Shown: positions 1-9,252 of the stretch, in pieces
Numbering within the stretch: position 1 is the first letter of the stretch
How the letters are laid out: the number at the start of each line of letters is the position of its first letter
Assembly (NCBI GenBank): GCA_963811165.1
Contig: CAWEQH010000010.1
Coordinates: forward strand, 1,056,001 to 1,120,000
Length of the DNA: 64,000 nt
Source: an uncultured Nitrospiraceae bacterium
GTDB lineage: Bacteria; Nitrospirota; Thermodesulfovibrionia; Thermodesulfovibrionales; UBA6898
Reading direction: 5' to 3'
Notes under the pieces: generated by a model
Seen by the model: only the letters and a program-made list of their open reading frames with translations
Told to the model about the DNA's origin: nothing
The model's database searches: none
Made by a program: the position numbers and the translations under genes

Positions 1-627
1 TGCCCGGTGCAACGCATAAAGACGAGCGAAGTCCATATATGCCCGATCCATGATGTAGAACGCCCCAGGTTCCGCAATAAGCAGGTCGAGAATATTGATG
101 TCGTGCCACTTGCCGTCGGTGATGTGAATGAAACTGGGGATTGCACCCTTGAGATCCAAAAGTGTATGGACTTTGACTGCGGCTTTTGTATCGCGGAACG
201 GAGCCCATGGGAACACCGAAAGACAAAGATCGATGGTTGTGGAGTCCAGCGCATAAACCGTGTTGGAAAGATCGAGTCCCAAATCCTCGTCTGCGTAGAG
301 CCTTCTTGCTTGAGCGATCAGTCTCTGCGCAAAATCGGCGTAGATGCGCCAGTCTCGGGATTCGTTTGCGTCGGCCAGAGTCGACCGAGAAATCGCTCCG
401 TTGAGACCCATATGGTAAAGCTTCGAAGCCTGAGCCGAAAGGCACGCTTCTATATCGCGCAGACTCTCCCGATAGGTCAATTGGGCGAATGCCAAGATGC
501 GAAACTGCTCCGTGCAGCGAAAGGTACGAATACGATGATCGCCTCCATAGCGAGCGACTATACGATGAAATGTGCTCCAAGGGAGAAAATCCATGATTTG
601 CGCAAATAGGGTCTTGCCAGTATACAT
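1..627 (-). CDS. IS4-family transposase (DUF4372 + DDE type), truncated by window edge
   Basis: Manual translation of the minus strand from ATG at 627 (GGAGG RBS upstream): MYTGKTLFAQIMDFLPWSTFHRIVARYGGD...FAQLTYRESLRDIEACL...SRSTLADANESRDWRIY...YALDSTTIDLCLSVFPWA...VKVHTLLDL. The 7..609 + ORF is its antisense shadow. Confidence 0.9.
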   Translation of the reverse strand, partial: MYTGKTLFAQIMDFLPWSTFHRIVARYGGDHRIRTFRCTEQFRILAFAQLTYRESLRDIEACLSAQASKLYHMGLNGAISRSTLADANESRDWRIYADFAQRLIAQARRLYADEDLGLDLSNTVYALDSTTIDLCLSVFPWAPFRDTKAAVKVHTLLDLKGAIPSFIHITDGKWHDINILDLLIAEPGAFYIMDRAYMDFARLYALHRA

Positions 628-768
628 TGGCACCTCCGGGAATTTCAGTTCCAGAAGGATTGCCCATTCGGCGATATCTATTCAAGTCGACACCACCAAA
701 AATATTGCAAATATTCTTATCTGTCATATAGTTTTAAGTATCAGCCGTTTCTTAACCGGACAGCACTG
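1..768 (-). mobile_element. IS4-family insertion sequence (left part only)
   Basis: Transposase plus terminal sequence CAGTGCTGTCCGGTTAAG (reverse complement of 751-768) resembling ends of DUF4372-type IS4 elements. Confidence 0.75.
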
Positions 769-840
769 ATATGACGTATATCATTAAAATCGGCGCTTTT
801 TCCATCGTTCCGCATTTTCAGGACAGATGTACTCGCTACA
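769..840 (-). mobile_element. remnant terminus of a second IS1202/ISNCY-like element
   Basis: 821-840 GGACAGATGTACTCGCTACA closely matches the terminus of the adjacent element (GGACAGTTTATGTGCTCGCTACA, 2161-2183) and abuts the same 16-bp target. Confidence 0.6.
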
Positions 841-856
841 GATTATCAAATATTTG
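841..856. repeat. 16-bp target-site duplication, left copy (GATTATCAAATATTTG)
   Basis: Identical copy at 2184-2199. Confidence 0.9.
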
Positions 857-2183
857 TGTTGTCAACAAATAGAGTTGTCCGGTTTTAGAGCAGATAAACT
901 GTCCGGTCCGTAGCTAGTTGATATCAGGCTGCTTTTTTGTTTAGTTTTGAGACCTCCTTCCCCTTGGAATTAAAGGCTATCAATTTTCTGTGCCCATGGA
1001 ATATTGCTAGGTTGCCGTTTGGATAGCGATGGACACGGACCTTTACTTTGACATAGTGAAAGCGATATTTATCGGCTGGAATCTGAAGGGTTAGGGCATC
1101 GAATTTGACACAGTTGTTGTTGCCGACCGTCCGCTCATATTGTTCGCAGAGGATGTCTTGAAGAGGTGTTCCGGCCGAAGGGACAAACATACTGGCAGGC
1201 TCCTCAGCGGATACGGCAAATTCATCGTTAAAGGCGGGAAGATACACATCACGGATATAGGCATTGGCCTGTTTCATCTCAGTGATGCCGGCTATGGCAA
1301 GTTCCTTTACAAGGCGCTCCTGATGAGTGCGGAAGGCGCGTTCAGAGCGTCCTCGGGCCTCAGGGGAATAGGCCGGGATCATCTCTATCCCTAACTGCCT
1401 CATGGCACGGCCAAATTGTGTCAGATTCTCCTTATCCACTTTCCCCCCAGCCTCTGGGGTATTCCAGTAGTGGCTGCCGCGATCCGTGTACAGTGAGGCA
1501 AATACTCCATGCTCGACGATCACCTCACTGACTCCCTGAAAACTGCTCTGAGTTCCTTCTTCATCGATAAAAAACATCGAGTAATGTCCATTGCTGGCAT
1601 CATCCATTGTTACAATCAGATCCCATAACTTCCCAGGCACCCACTCATGCTGTGGAGCCGTCCTGATGCAGCATCATGCCAATATACGGAGCTCTTGGAC
1701 GCTGTCTCCGGTGGGTTCCCTTTCTCGAATCCTTATGCACAAGTCCCTTGCCCTGAAGAGTATTCTTTACCCAGGTGTAGCTCCTCATGCCCTCATGAGC
1801 CCGCCTGATACCAACTGTAAAAGTGCTTAACCGTCAATCCCTGATACCGGTGGTTGTATAAATCTGCCAGGGCTACTACCTCATCAACAGGCGCACTGCG
1901 GTGTGATATTTGCCCTAAACGCCTATCTATAAGCCCCTCCATCCCCTGCTCCTCATATCGCACCAGATAACGACGGTACGTCCGCTCGCATACTCCAAGC
2001 AACCTCGCCGCCTCCTCCTGCGTCAATCTCCCCCTTTGACATCCCTCATATGCTTCCTCAAATCTCATCTTCCGTACCTCCTGTAGTAGTGCTGTCCTCT
2101 TCATGAATGGCACCTCCGTGCCATCAAATCTTAACCGGACAGTTTATGTGCTACAGATACGGACAGTTTATGTGCTCGCTACA
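857..2183 (-). mobile_element. IS1202-family (ISNCY) insertion sequence
   Basis: TGT...ACA termini, repeated sub-terminal (AAC)TGTCCG motifs at both ends, 16-bp flanking direct repeat, HTH + DDE transposase inside. Confidence 0.88.
924..2104 (-). pseudogene. IS1202/ISNCY transposase with two +1 frameshifts (~1803 and ~1650)
   Basis: MKRTALLQEVRKMRFEEAY...(HTH) / RSYTWVKNTLQ...GMMLHQDGS / HEWVPGKLWDLIVTMDDA...YTDRGSH...SPEARGRSER lie in three successive frames. Confidence 0.85.
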
Positions 2184-2199
2184 GATTATCAAATATTTG
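2184..2199. repeat. 16-bp target-site duplication, right copy
   Basis: Identical to 841-856. Confidence 0.9.
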
Positions 2200-2228
2200 T
2201 TGCCATTTGAATTGGCCGGAGGTAATAT
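2200..2228 (+). promoter_or_regulatory. putative sigma70 promoter of cooS operon
   Basis: TTGCCA-N17-TAATAT upstream of cooS. Confidence 0.55.
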
Positions 2229-2354
2229 TTGAAATATGGATGGCTTCAGCGTTAAGACAATCCTCTCATATCTTGGCATCTCTTATACCTGTATTTTGGA
2301 ATTAAAAGCATTATTCATGTCTTATTATGTCTGATTAACAGTAAGGAGGCCGTT

Positions 2355-4268
2355 ATGTCTATGGAAAAATCCGTTGATAACAAAAGCCTTGATCCTGCTG
2401 TCCAGCAGATGATCGCCAAGGCCGGGGAGAAGGGGATAACTACTGTATGGGACAGGTACGAAGCCATGACCCCTCAATGCGGGTATGGTGATTCCGGACT
2501 TTGCTGCCGTAACTGCCTGCAGGGGCCCTGCAGGATAAACCCTTTCGGCGATGAGCCGAAAAAGGGGATATGCGGCTCATCCGCGGACGTCATGGTTGCC
2601 AGGTGGCTCGACCGGGCCATAGCCGCGGGCACAGCCGCCCACTCCGGCCACGCCAAGCACCTTGCGCATACCATGATGAAGATGGCCAAGGGACTGGCCC
2701 CTGATTACCACATAAAGGACACTGCAAAACTCAAAGCGGTTGCGACTCGTATCGGAATCGCTGTTGAGGGCAGGGCCGATATGGAGATCGCCGGAGATGT
2801 GGCATCTGCCGCCATGGCTGACTTTGCCGAGAAGGATACCCCTGTGCTATGGGCGGCCACGGTGGTGACCGAGGGACGTGTAAAGGCGCTCTCCGCCATA
2901 GGGGCCGTGCCGAAGGGCATAGACTCCGAGGTTTCCGAGATCATGCACCGTACGCTGTACGGGGTGGATGCCGACGCAGTGAACCTGCTTCTTGCGGGCA
3001 TCAGGTGCGGCGTTGCAGACCTGGCCGGATGCTATATGGGAACAGACCTTGCGGATATCCTCTTCGGAACTCCCACCCCCGTGGTATCAAAAGCCAATAT
3101 GGGAACGCTGAAGGCCGACATGGTCAACATCGCCGCCCATGGCCATAACCCGGTCCTCTCGGAGATGATTGTAACTGTTGCCGAAGAGATGAAGCAGGAG
3201 GCTGTGGCTGCCGGGGCCACAGGGATCAATGTAGTGGGCATATGCTGTACGGGGAATGAACTCCTGCAACGACATGGCATTCCTTCCTGTACGCACTCGG
3301 TAAGCCAGGAGATGGCGCTTCTGACAGGCGCCCTTGACGCTGTCGTCGTTGACTACCAATGCATCATGCCCTCGCTCGTGACAGTTGCCGAATGTATGGG
3401 CTCAAAAATAATAACGACCATGGATATATGCAAGATTACCGGCGCAGAGCATATTGAATTTACGGAAGAGGCCGCTGCAACAAAAGCCAAAGAGGTAATC
3501 AGGGTGGCCATCGAGGTCTTCAAAAAGAGGAAGGGCCAGCCGGTAGACATCCCGGACGTTCAAAGCAATGTAGTTGCAGGATTTTCGGCAGAGTCCATAG
3601 TGGCCGCGCTTGCAAAGGTCGATGCAAAAGACCCGCTTAAGCCCCTTGTCGATAATATCAAAAACGGCAACATCAGGGGGGTATGCCTGTTTGCCGGATG
3701 CAATAACGTCAAGGTGCCCCAGGACAGGAACTTCAAGATAATGGCCGAAAAACTGCTTAAGGAAAACGTGCTTGTCGTTGCCACAGGGTGCGGAGCCGGT
3801 GCGCTGATGAGACACGGCTTCATGGACCCGGCCAATGTCGGCACCTTGTGTGGAGATGGACTGAAGGCAGTGCTTACCGCCATTGGTGAGGCCAATGGAC
3901 TTGGCGGCCCGCTTCCTCCGGTGCTGCATCTTGGTTCATGCGTCGACAACTCGCGTGCGGTGGCGATCGTGGTTGCCCTTGCCAATTACCTCGGCGTGGA
4001 TACCGATAAGCTGCCTGTGGTTGCGTCTGCCGCCGAGGCGGTGTCCGAGAAGGCCGTCTCCATCGGTGTCTATGCCGTTGCCGCCGGACTGCCGACACAC
4101 GTAGGGGTAATGCTGCCTGTTCTGGGCAGCCCTGCGGTTACCGAAATCCTTACCGACAAGGTAAAGGGACTTACGGGCGGGTATTTCATTGTGGACCTGG
4201 ACCCTGAATCATCGGCCGATAAACTTTTGGCGGCAATCGATGAGCGCCGAAGGGGTCTTGGACTTTGA
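2355..4268 (+). CDS. cooS: anaerobic Ni-dependent carbon monoxide dehydrogenase catalytic subunit
   Basis: PQCGYGDSGLCCRNCLQGPCRI (D/B clusters); C-cluster motifs GHNP, GICCTG, DYQC, AGCNN, TGCG, GSCVD; SEKA lysine; AAGGAGG RBS. Confidence 0.97.
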   Translation: MSMEKSVDNKSLDPAVQQMIAKAGEKGITTVWDRYEAMTPQCGYGDSGLCCRNCLQGPCRINPFGDEPKKGICGSSADVMVARWLDRAIAAGTAAHSGHAKHLAHTMMKMAKGLAPDYHIKDTAKLKAVATRIGIAVEGRADMEIAGDVASAAMADFAEKDTPVLWAATVVTEGRVKALSAIGAVPKGIDSEVSEIMHRTLYGVDADAVNLLLAGIRCGVADLAGCYMGTDLADILFGTPTPVVSKANMGTLKADMVNIAAHGHNPVLSEMIVTVAEEMKQEAVAAGATGINVVGICCTGNELLQRHGIPSCTHSVSQEMALLTGALDAVVVDYQCIMPSLVTVAECMGSKIITTMDICKITGAEHIEFTEEAAATKAKEVIRVAIEVFKKRKGQPVDIPDVQSNVVAGFSAESIVAALAKVDAKDPLKPLVDNIKNGNIRGVCLFAGCNNVKVPQDRNFKIMAEKLLKENVLVVATGCGAGALMRHGFMDPANVGTLCGDGLKAVLTAIGEANGLGGPLPPVLHLGSCVDNSRAVAIVVALANYLGVDTDKLPVVASAAEAVSEKAVSIGVYAVAAGLPTHVGVMLPVLGSPAVTEILTDKVKGLTGGYFIVDLDPESSADKLLAAIDERRRGLGL

Positions 4269-4325
4269 GGCCGTCTGCGGCCTCAACGCGATGGATTAAT
4301 GCACAACAATAACAAGGAGTATGCC

Positions 4326-4832
4326 ATGCAAGAGCCAAAGGAGATATTTGTAGATACGAGCAGATGTACCGCGTGCAAAACCTGCGAGATCGCATGTGCG
4401 GTCGCACATTCCAGGAGCGGGGACCTTTATGGCGCCTTACTGGAGAAGCCGGCACCCAAACGCAGACTCTATGTGGAATGGGTCAAGCCCGACACGAACG
4501 TCCCCATCCTCTGCAGGCACTGCGAGGACGCGCCCTGCATGCATGCCTGTATAAGCGGGGCGATAAGCCGGAACCGGGAGTCGGTGGTCATAACGGACAC
4601 TGATAAATGCATAGGATGCTGGACCTGTGTAATGGTCTGCCCTTACGGTGTTATCGGCCGGCACCTGGAGACCCATAAGTCCTACCGGTGCGACAGGTGT
4701 CCTGACAGGGAGACTCCGGCCTGTGTCAGTTCCTGTCCGACGAAGGCGCTGATTTACCGGACCGCGGAGTCATTCTCAAGAGATGTCCGAAAAGAGGCTG
4801 CCTCTAAATTGCTTAGCGGCAAGGACAAGTAA
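4326..4832 (+). CDS. cooF: CooF-type 4x[4Fe-4S] electron transfer protein
   Basis: CTACKTCEIAC, CRHCEDAPCMHAC, CIGCWTCVMVCP, CDRC...CVSSCP; directly after cooS. Confidence 0.9.
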   Translation: MQEPKEIFVDTSRCTACKTCEIACAVAHSRSGDLYGALLEKPAPKRRLYVEWVKPDTNVPILCRHCEDAPCMHACISGAISRNRESVVITDTDKCIGCWTCVMVCPYGVIGRHLETHKSYRCDRCPDRETPACVSSCPTKALIYRTAESFSRDVRKEAASKLLSGKDK

Positions 4833-4833
4833 A

Positions 4834-6087
4834 ATGACGGCAGACAGGGCCGATTACCTCATTATAGGCGGCAGTGCTGCCGGGATGGCAGCGGCGCAGG
4901 TCATACGGCAGCAGGACCCCGCAGGCAAAGTCACTGTGCTGTCGGAAGAGCCGGACATGCCCTATTTCAGGCCGATGATCCCCTATATAGTGACCGGCAG
5001 GAAGAAGGCAGAAAACATAGGACTGCAGGGAAATGGGCCGTATACAAATACCGGCATCGATATCCGCATCGGCACACGGGTCGATTCGGTGGATACCGGC
5101 CGGAAGACGATCGGCATAAACGGCAGGGACCGGCTGTCTTATGAAAGGCTGCTCCTGGCAACCGGCAGTCGTCCGAACATTCCTCCCGGTATTGAAGGGA
5201 CAAAAGCAGAAGGTGTTTTCGCGCTTCGGAAATTGACCGATGCCAGGGCCATGGCCCGAAGGGCGGACAACACCGGCCATGCCGTGATGCTCGGGGGCGG
5301 ATTGCTCAATCTCAAGGCCGCCTTCGCCCTTTTGGAAAGGGGCGTCAAGGTCACGCTGATAGTCCAGTCTCCTGAGGTCCTTTCACAGCTTATGGAGCCC
5401 GGCGATGCCGGGTTAATCCGCGATGCCCTTAATCGGGCGGGACTGCAGATAATAACGGGACACAGCGCAAGGGGGATCCTTTCAGACAAGAGCGGGGTTA
5501 GAGGTGTATCCCTTGATGACGGGTCCGAGATCGCCTGTCAGATGGTCTGTATCGGCAAAGGGGTGAGACCGAACGTCGATTTTCTCTCCGGCAGTGAGAT
5601 AGCGATAGACAAGGGTATTGTTGTGGACAGATATACGGCCTGCAATATGCCTCACACTTTTGCCGCCGGTGATGTGGCTGTTACCTTCGATCCTGTGACC
5701 GGTGGCAGGATAATGACCGCCCTTTGGACAAACGCGGTTGAGATGGGCAGATGCGCAGGCTATAACATGGCAGGCAGGAAGACCGCTTATTCCGGTACGT
5801 TCGGGATTATGAATGCTACACAGGTTGCGGACCTGCCTTTTGTCTCGATGGGCGTTGTTCATACGAGGAACACCGCTTATGAAGTACATGTCCACGCCTC
5901 GGGGTCAACCTACAGGAAAGTGGTTTTCAGCCCGGACGGTGAAAGGCTGGTCGGCGTACTCTTTATAGGCAATATTACCGGCGCGGGAATGTACAGGTAT
6001 GTGATAAGAGGGAACATGAATATAAGCAGGATCAAATCCCATATTGTGGATCAGACACTGCATTATGGACATTTTCTAAAAAGCTGA
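4834..6087 (+). CDS. FAD/NAD(P)-dependent oxidoreductase (FNOR; NirB N-terminal/rubredoxin reductase-like)
   Basis: IIGGSAAG, LLATGSRP, GGGLL, FAAGDVA motifs; starts 1 nt after the cooF stop. Confidence 0.9.
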   Translation: MTADRADYLIIGGSAAGMAAAQVIRQQDPAGKVTVLSEEPDMPYFRPMIPYIVTGRKKAENIGLQGNGPYTNTGIDIRIGTRVDSVDTGRKTIGINGRDRLSYERLLLATGSRPNIPPGIEGTKAEGVFALRKLTDARAMARRADNTGHAVMLGGGLLNLKAAFALLERGVKVTLIVQSPEVLSQLMEPGDAGLIRDALNRAGLQIITGHSARGILSDKSGVRGVSLDDGSEIACQMVCIGKGVRPNVDFLSGSEIAIDKGIVVDRYTACNMPHTFAAGDVAVTFDPVTGGRIMTALWTNAVEMGRCAGYNMAGRKTAYSGTFGIMNATQVADLPFVSMGVVHTRNTAYEVHVHASGSTYRKVVFSPDGERLVGVLFIGNITGAGMYRYVIRGNMNISRIKSHIVDQTLHYGHFLKS

Positions 6088-6108
6088 TGCAATTCCCAAA
6101 AAGGTAAA

Positions 6109-6381
6109 TTGGGTCACTCGTTAAAGGCCATCCGATCAAGAGCGAACATCGACTTCCCCGGGTTGGGGAAACGCCTCTCGGTGGCCCACTCGTCCCGTGC
6201 CACATTCGAATACATACTTACCCATCAGGCGAGAACTGACCGAAGACATATCGTGCTTCCGGTGATGCAGGGACTAAGAAAACCGGTGAATGATCTCAGC
6301 CGGAGGGCAACGGTCACGGACATTGTGGATACCGTTGCGATAACCGCAATTCATGCGCAATCGATCGGACCGAAAAAGTGA
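6109..6381 (+). pseudogene. pta: phosphate acetyltransferase relic with large in-frame internal deletion
   Basis: ...[19 protein letters not shown] (start of Pta catalytic domain) joined directly to [33 protein letters not shown] (Pta C-terminus). Confidence 0.75.
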
Positions 6382-6500
6382 AAATTCTTGTCCTCAACTC
6401 AGGCAGTTCTTCGATAAAGTACCGGCTGTTTGACGCACAGGATATTCCTGCTTGCAACCGGACTGCTGGAAAAGATAGGAGAGCCCGGCAGCCGGGTGCG
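6378..6500 (+). pseudogene. ackA: acetate kinase N-terminal fragment
   Basis: GTG start overlapping the pta stop (GTGA): MKILVLNSGSSSIKYRLFD, then frameshift to LLATGLLEKIGEPGSRV, then similarity ends. Confidence 0.8.
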
Positions 6501-6576
6501 AGGTCGAAGAAGGCTTGAACCTTCGACATCGCCTTCACATCGGTCCTGAAGAGGTGAAACGGGAAAGGAGAAATTT

Positions 6577-8013
6577 ATGACACTGCCATCCAGCAAGACC
6601 AGGATCGTCTGCACCATAGGACCGGCCTCCGATTCTCCTGCGGTGTTAAAAGAGATGATCACCGCCGGAATGGATGTTGCGCGCCTCAACTTCTCTCACG
6701 GCGTCTTTGAAGACCATAAGAGAGTGATCGGCGCCATTCGTGCGGCGGCCGCCGAAGCAGGCAGACGGGTCTCGATCCTCGCGGACCTTCCGGGGCCGAA
6801 GATCCGCATAGGCATACTGGCCAGGGAACCGATCACTCTAAGGCCCGGTTCGTTATTTGATCTTGCCACCGAAGAGATCGTGGGAGACGATCATCGCGTC
6901 TGCGTCAGTTTCAGTAAATTGCCTAAGGTGGTAAAGCAGGGCGACATCCTTTTTTTGAGCGACGGCCTGATCCAGCTTGAGGTGATCGGAGTGGAAGGCG
7001 GCGTGGTGAACTGTCGGGTCCTGGTCGGCGGCGAGCTGCGGTCCAGAAAGGGCCTTAATCTGCCGGGTATCGACCTGGGCATCAGCGCTTTCACCACACA
7101 CGATCGCGAGTGCCTGCAATTTGCCCTCGAAGCGGGCGTCGACGCAGTCAGTCAGTCATTTGTCGAAGGCAGCCGGGACATTATGGCAGTCCGGGAGGCA
7201 GCGGCTTCCCTCGGTTATAATCCCTTTGTCATAGCCAAGATCGAGCGGTCGAGGGCACTGGATCATCTTGAGGAGATCATGGAGGCGGCAGACGGCATCA
7301 TGATCGCCCGCGGCGACCTCGGCGTCGAGATACCAATCGAGCGGATCGCGGTTGTACAAAAGCGCCTGATGCGCGAGGCAAACCTGCGGGCCAAGCCCGT
7401 GATTACGGCAACGCAGATGCTCGAATCGATGACCGATAACCGGAGGCCGACGAGGGCCGAGGCGACGGATGTGGCAAACGCCATTTTAGACGGCACCGAC
7501 TGCGTCATGCTCTCGGAAGAGTCGGCCACAGGCAAGTATCCGGTAGAGGCCGTCGCTGTCCTGAGAAGAATTGCCGCGGCCACCGAGCCGTACCGGACTG
7601 CGCTACGGCTGAAAGACGCGGCTCCTGAAAAATGCGGAGGGGGAGGCGAAGGCATCAAGGACCTCATCTCCCTCAGCGTAGAGACGATCTTTGAGCACGC
7701 CGCTCCGGCCGCGGTGTTCGTTCCCACAAGGAGCGGCGCTACGGCAAGGAGCATCGCCAGATTCAGGCTCCCGGTCTGGGTTGTCGCTGTCAGCTCTCAC
7801 GAAGCGACATGTCAGAGGCTTCAGTTCAGCTACGGAGTATATCCGGTGTACGAACCCGTGCATCCTGAGAACTGGCGAGTGTACGCCGGCGATTGGCTCG
7901 CCTCGCACAACGTCGAAGGCAAATTCGTCGTACTGACCCAGGGGCCCTCTTCGAAACACCCCGAAATGAGCCACCGCGTCGAGATCATCGAACTCGAAGA
8001 CCGAGACCGCTGA
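6577..8013 (+). CDS. pyk: pyruvate kinase
   Basis: IVCTIGPAS, ARLNFSHG, DLPGPKIR, IAKIE, MIARGDLGVE, ATQMLESM, PTRAE, DCVMLSEESA. Confidence 0.97.
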   Translation: MTLPSSKTRIVCTIGPASDSPAVLKEMITAGMDVARLNFSHGVFEDHKRVIGAIRAAAAEAGRRVSILADLPGPKIRIGILAREPITLRPGSLFDLATEEIVGDDHRVCVSFSKLPKVVKQGDILFLSDGLIQLEVIGVEGGVVNCRVLVGGELRSRKGLNLPGIDLGISAFTTHDRECLQFALEAGVDAVSQSFVEGSRDIMAVREAAASLGYNPFVIAKIERSRALDHLEEIMEAADGIMIARGDLGVEIPIERIAVVQKRLMREANLRAKPVITATQMLESMTDNRRPTRAEATDVANAILDGTDCVMLSEESATGKYPVEAVAVLRRIAAATEPYRTALRLKDAAPEKCGGGGEGIKDLISLSVETIFEHAAPAAVFVPTRSGATARSIARFRLPVWVVAVSSHEATCQRLQFSYGVYPVYEPVHPENWRVYAGDWLASHNVEGKFVVLTQGPSSKHPEMSHRVEIIELEDRDR

Positions 8014-8028
8014 CTACCCCACTTTTCC

Positions 8029-8055
8029 AAAAAAAAGGCGGGCCCTTTGCCCGCC
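8029..8055 (-). terminator. intrinsic terminator
   Basis: GGCGGGC-N5-GCCCGCC hairpin with A-tract on its left. Confidence 0.6.
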
Positions 8056-8094
8056 CCACGGATACATAGACAGCTTTGCTGCCGCCTCAATGAA

Positions 8095-8799
8095 TTAAGG
8101 GTTCGAAATCGTCACCTGGACGATGACCGTACTCACAGTGTCCGTGACGGTTAAAGTGGCAATTGCTGTGGTGCCACTTGCCGGACATGTGCCGGGTGTT
8201 ACCGAAAATTTCCCGTTTGTCGTAAGAGTGGTTGTTGAAAGCGTAACGAGCCCAGTTGGCGATGCGGCAACGCTGTAGTTACTGAGTGTACCGCCTGTTA
8301 CCGTAAATATCTGGGATGTCGGCACTCCTGTCGTTCCGGAACAACTTAAGGCAGCCGATGTCGGTGACACCGCAAGCGGGGCCGGTGGAAGGTTCTTTGT
8401 TGCACTCCAGTCCCCTGATCCGTCCGAACCTGTGCTTGTATATGTTCCGGACATTGTCTTCCAATCAGGGCCTGCGGTGCCGGCCAAGGTTGTGGTTGTT
8501 CCATCTAGGTTATTAAGAGTAAGAGCAACATCATTGCCGCTTACAGTCCCCGTGATTGTGGCGCCATCCGACTTTGTTCCCGAAATAGTATTGTCCGTTT
8601 GTGTCAGGGTGCAAGGTATTGCTGCGAGTGTGGATGCGCCGGACGGGGTAAGAAATAAATTCCAGCTGCCGCTCACGTCTCCTTCATTGGGAAAGCTGCG
8701 GAATGTGCCCCCACAGCCAAATAGAGATACAGATAAGATTACCACAAAAAGACAGAGTAATAATGCCTTGGGCCAATCCTTTGTGACACACTTTCCCAT
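8095..8799 (-). CDS. Ser/Thr/Gly-rich beta-structured lipoprotein
   Basis: Hydrophobic signal peptide with LFGC lipobox; RBS GGAGGT. Confidence 0.7.
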   Translation of the reverse strand: MGKCVTKDWPKALLLCLFVVILSVSLFGCGGTFRSFPNEGDVSGSWNLFLTPSGASTLAAIPCTLTQTDNTISGTKSDGATITGTVSGNDVALTLNNLDGTTTTLAGTAGPDWKTMSGTYTSTGSDGSGDWSATKNLPPAPLAVSPTSAALSCSGTTGVPTSQIFTVTGGTLSNYSVAASPTGLVTLSTTTLTTNGKFSVTPGTCPASGTTAIATLTVTDTVSTVIVQVTISNP

Positions 8800-8926
8800 G
8801 CTTCCTACCTCCGAAGATTACAGATTACCGCTTCAAATATACCATATCCGGTGAGAGACTGGAAAGCGATGTTTCAGTCAGCCTTTACAAATGGATTTAG
8901 CCCGGCGCTAAAATGTATCATTAAAT

Positions 8927-9142
8927 ATGGGACCGCGATTGTATCTCAAAGTGGGAGATTCGGTGAGACATCTCCGGTATAACTTTTGGGGAAAGGGGCA
9001 GGTGGTCGAAGAAAAACACTCCTCCCTTTCAGGCGGTTTCTGCATGGTCAGGGTCCTCTTCGCCGACGGCAAGGAAAGGTCCTTTATCAACGACCTTGAT
9101 AATGAGTGCTGCTGTTACTATTCCGGCATCAGGCTTCTGTAG
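8927..9142 (+). CDS. small SH3/Tudor-like hypothetical protein (DUF3553-like)
   Basis: LKVGDSVRH...WGKGQV...VRVLF.DG pattern; Cys-rich C-terminus CCCYY. Confidence 0.6.
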   Translation: MGPRLYLKVGDSVRHLRYNFWGKGQVVEEKHSSLSGGFCMVRVLFADGKERSFINDLDNECCCYYSGIRLL

Positions 9143-9252
9143 CATCCTGTTTTGAAGTCGAGGCGGTCCCGCAGAGGTCCCGGTTAATTCGCCTTGGAAA
9201 AAATATCTTCTCTCCTTTTTTCCCGCCGTATGGGCCTTTCCCACCCATATGC

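Noticed and set aside
7..609. 200-aa plus-strand ORF
   Set aside because: Antisense shadow of the IS4 transposase on the minus strand.
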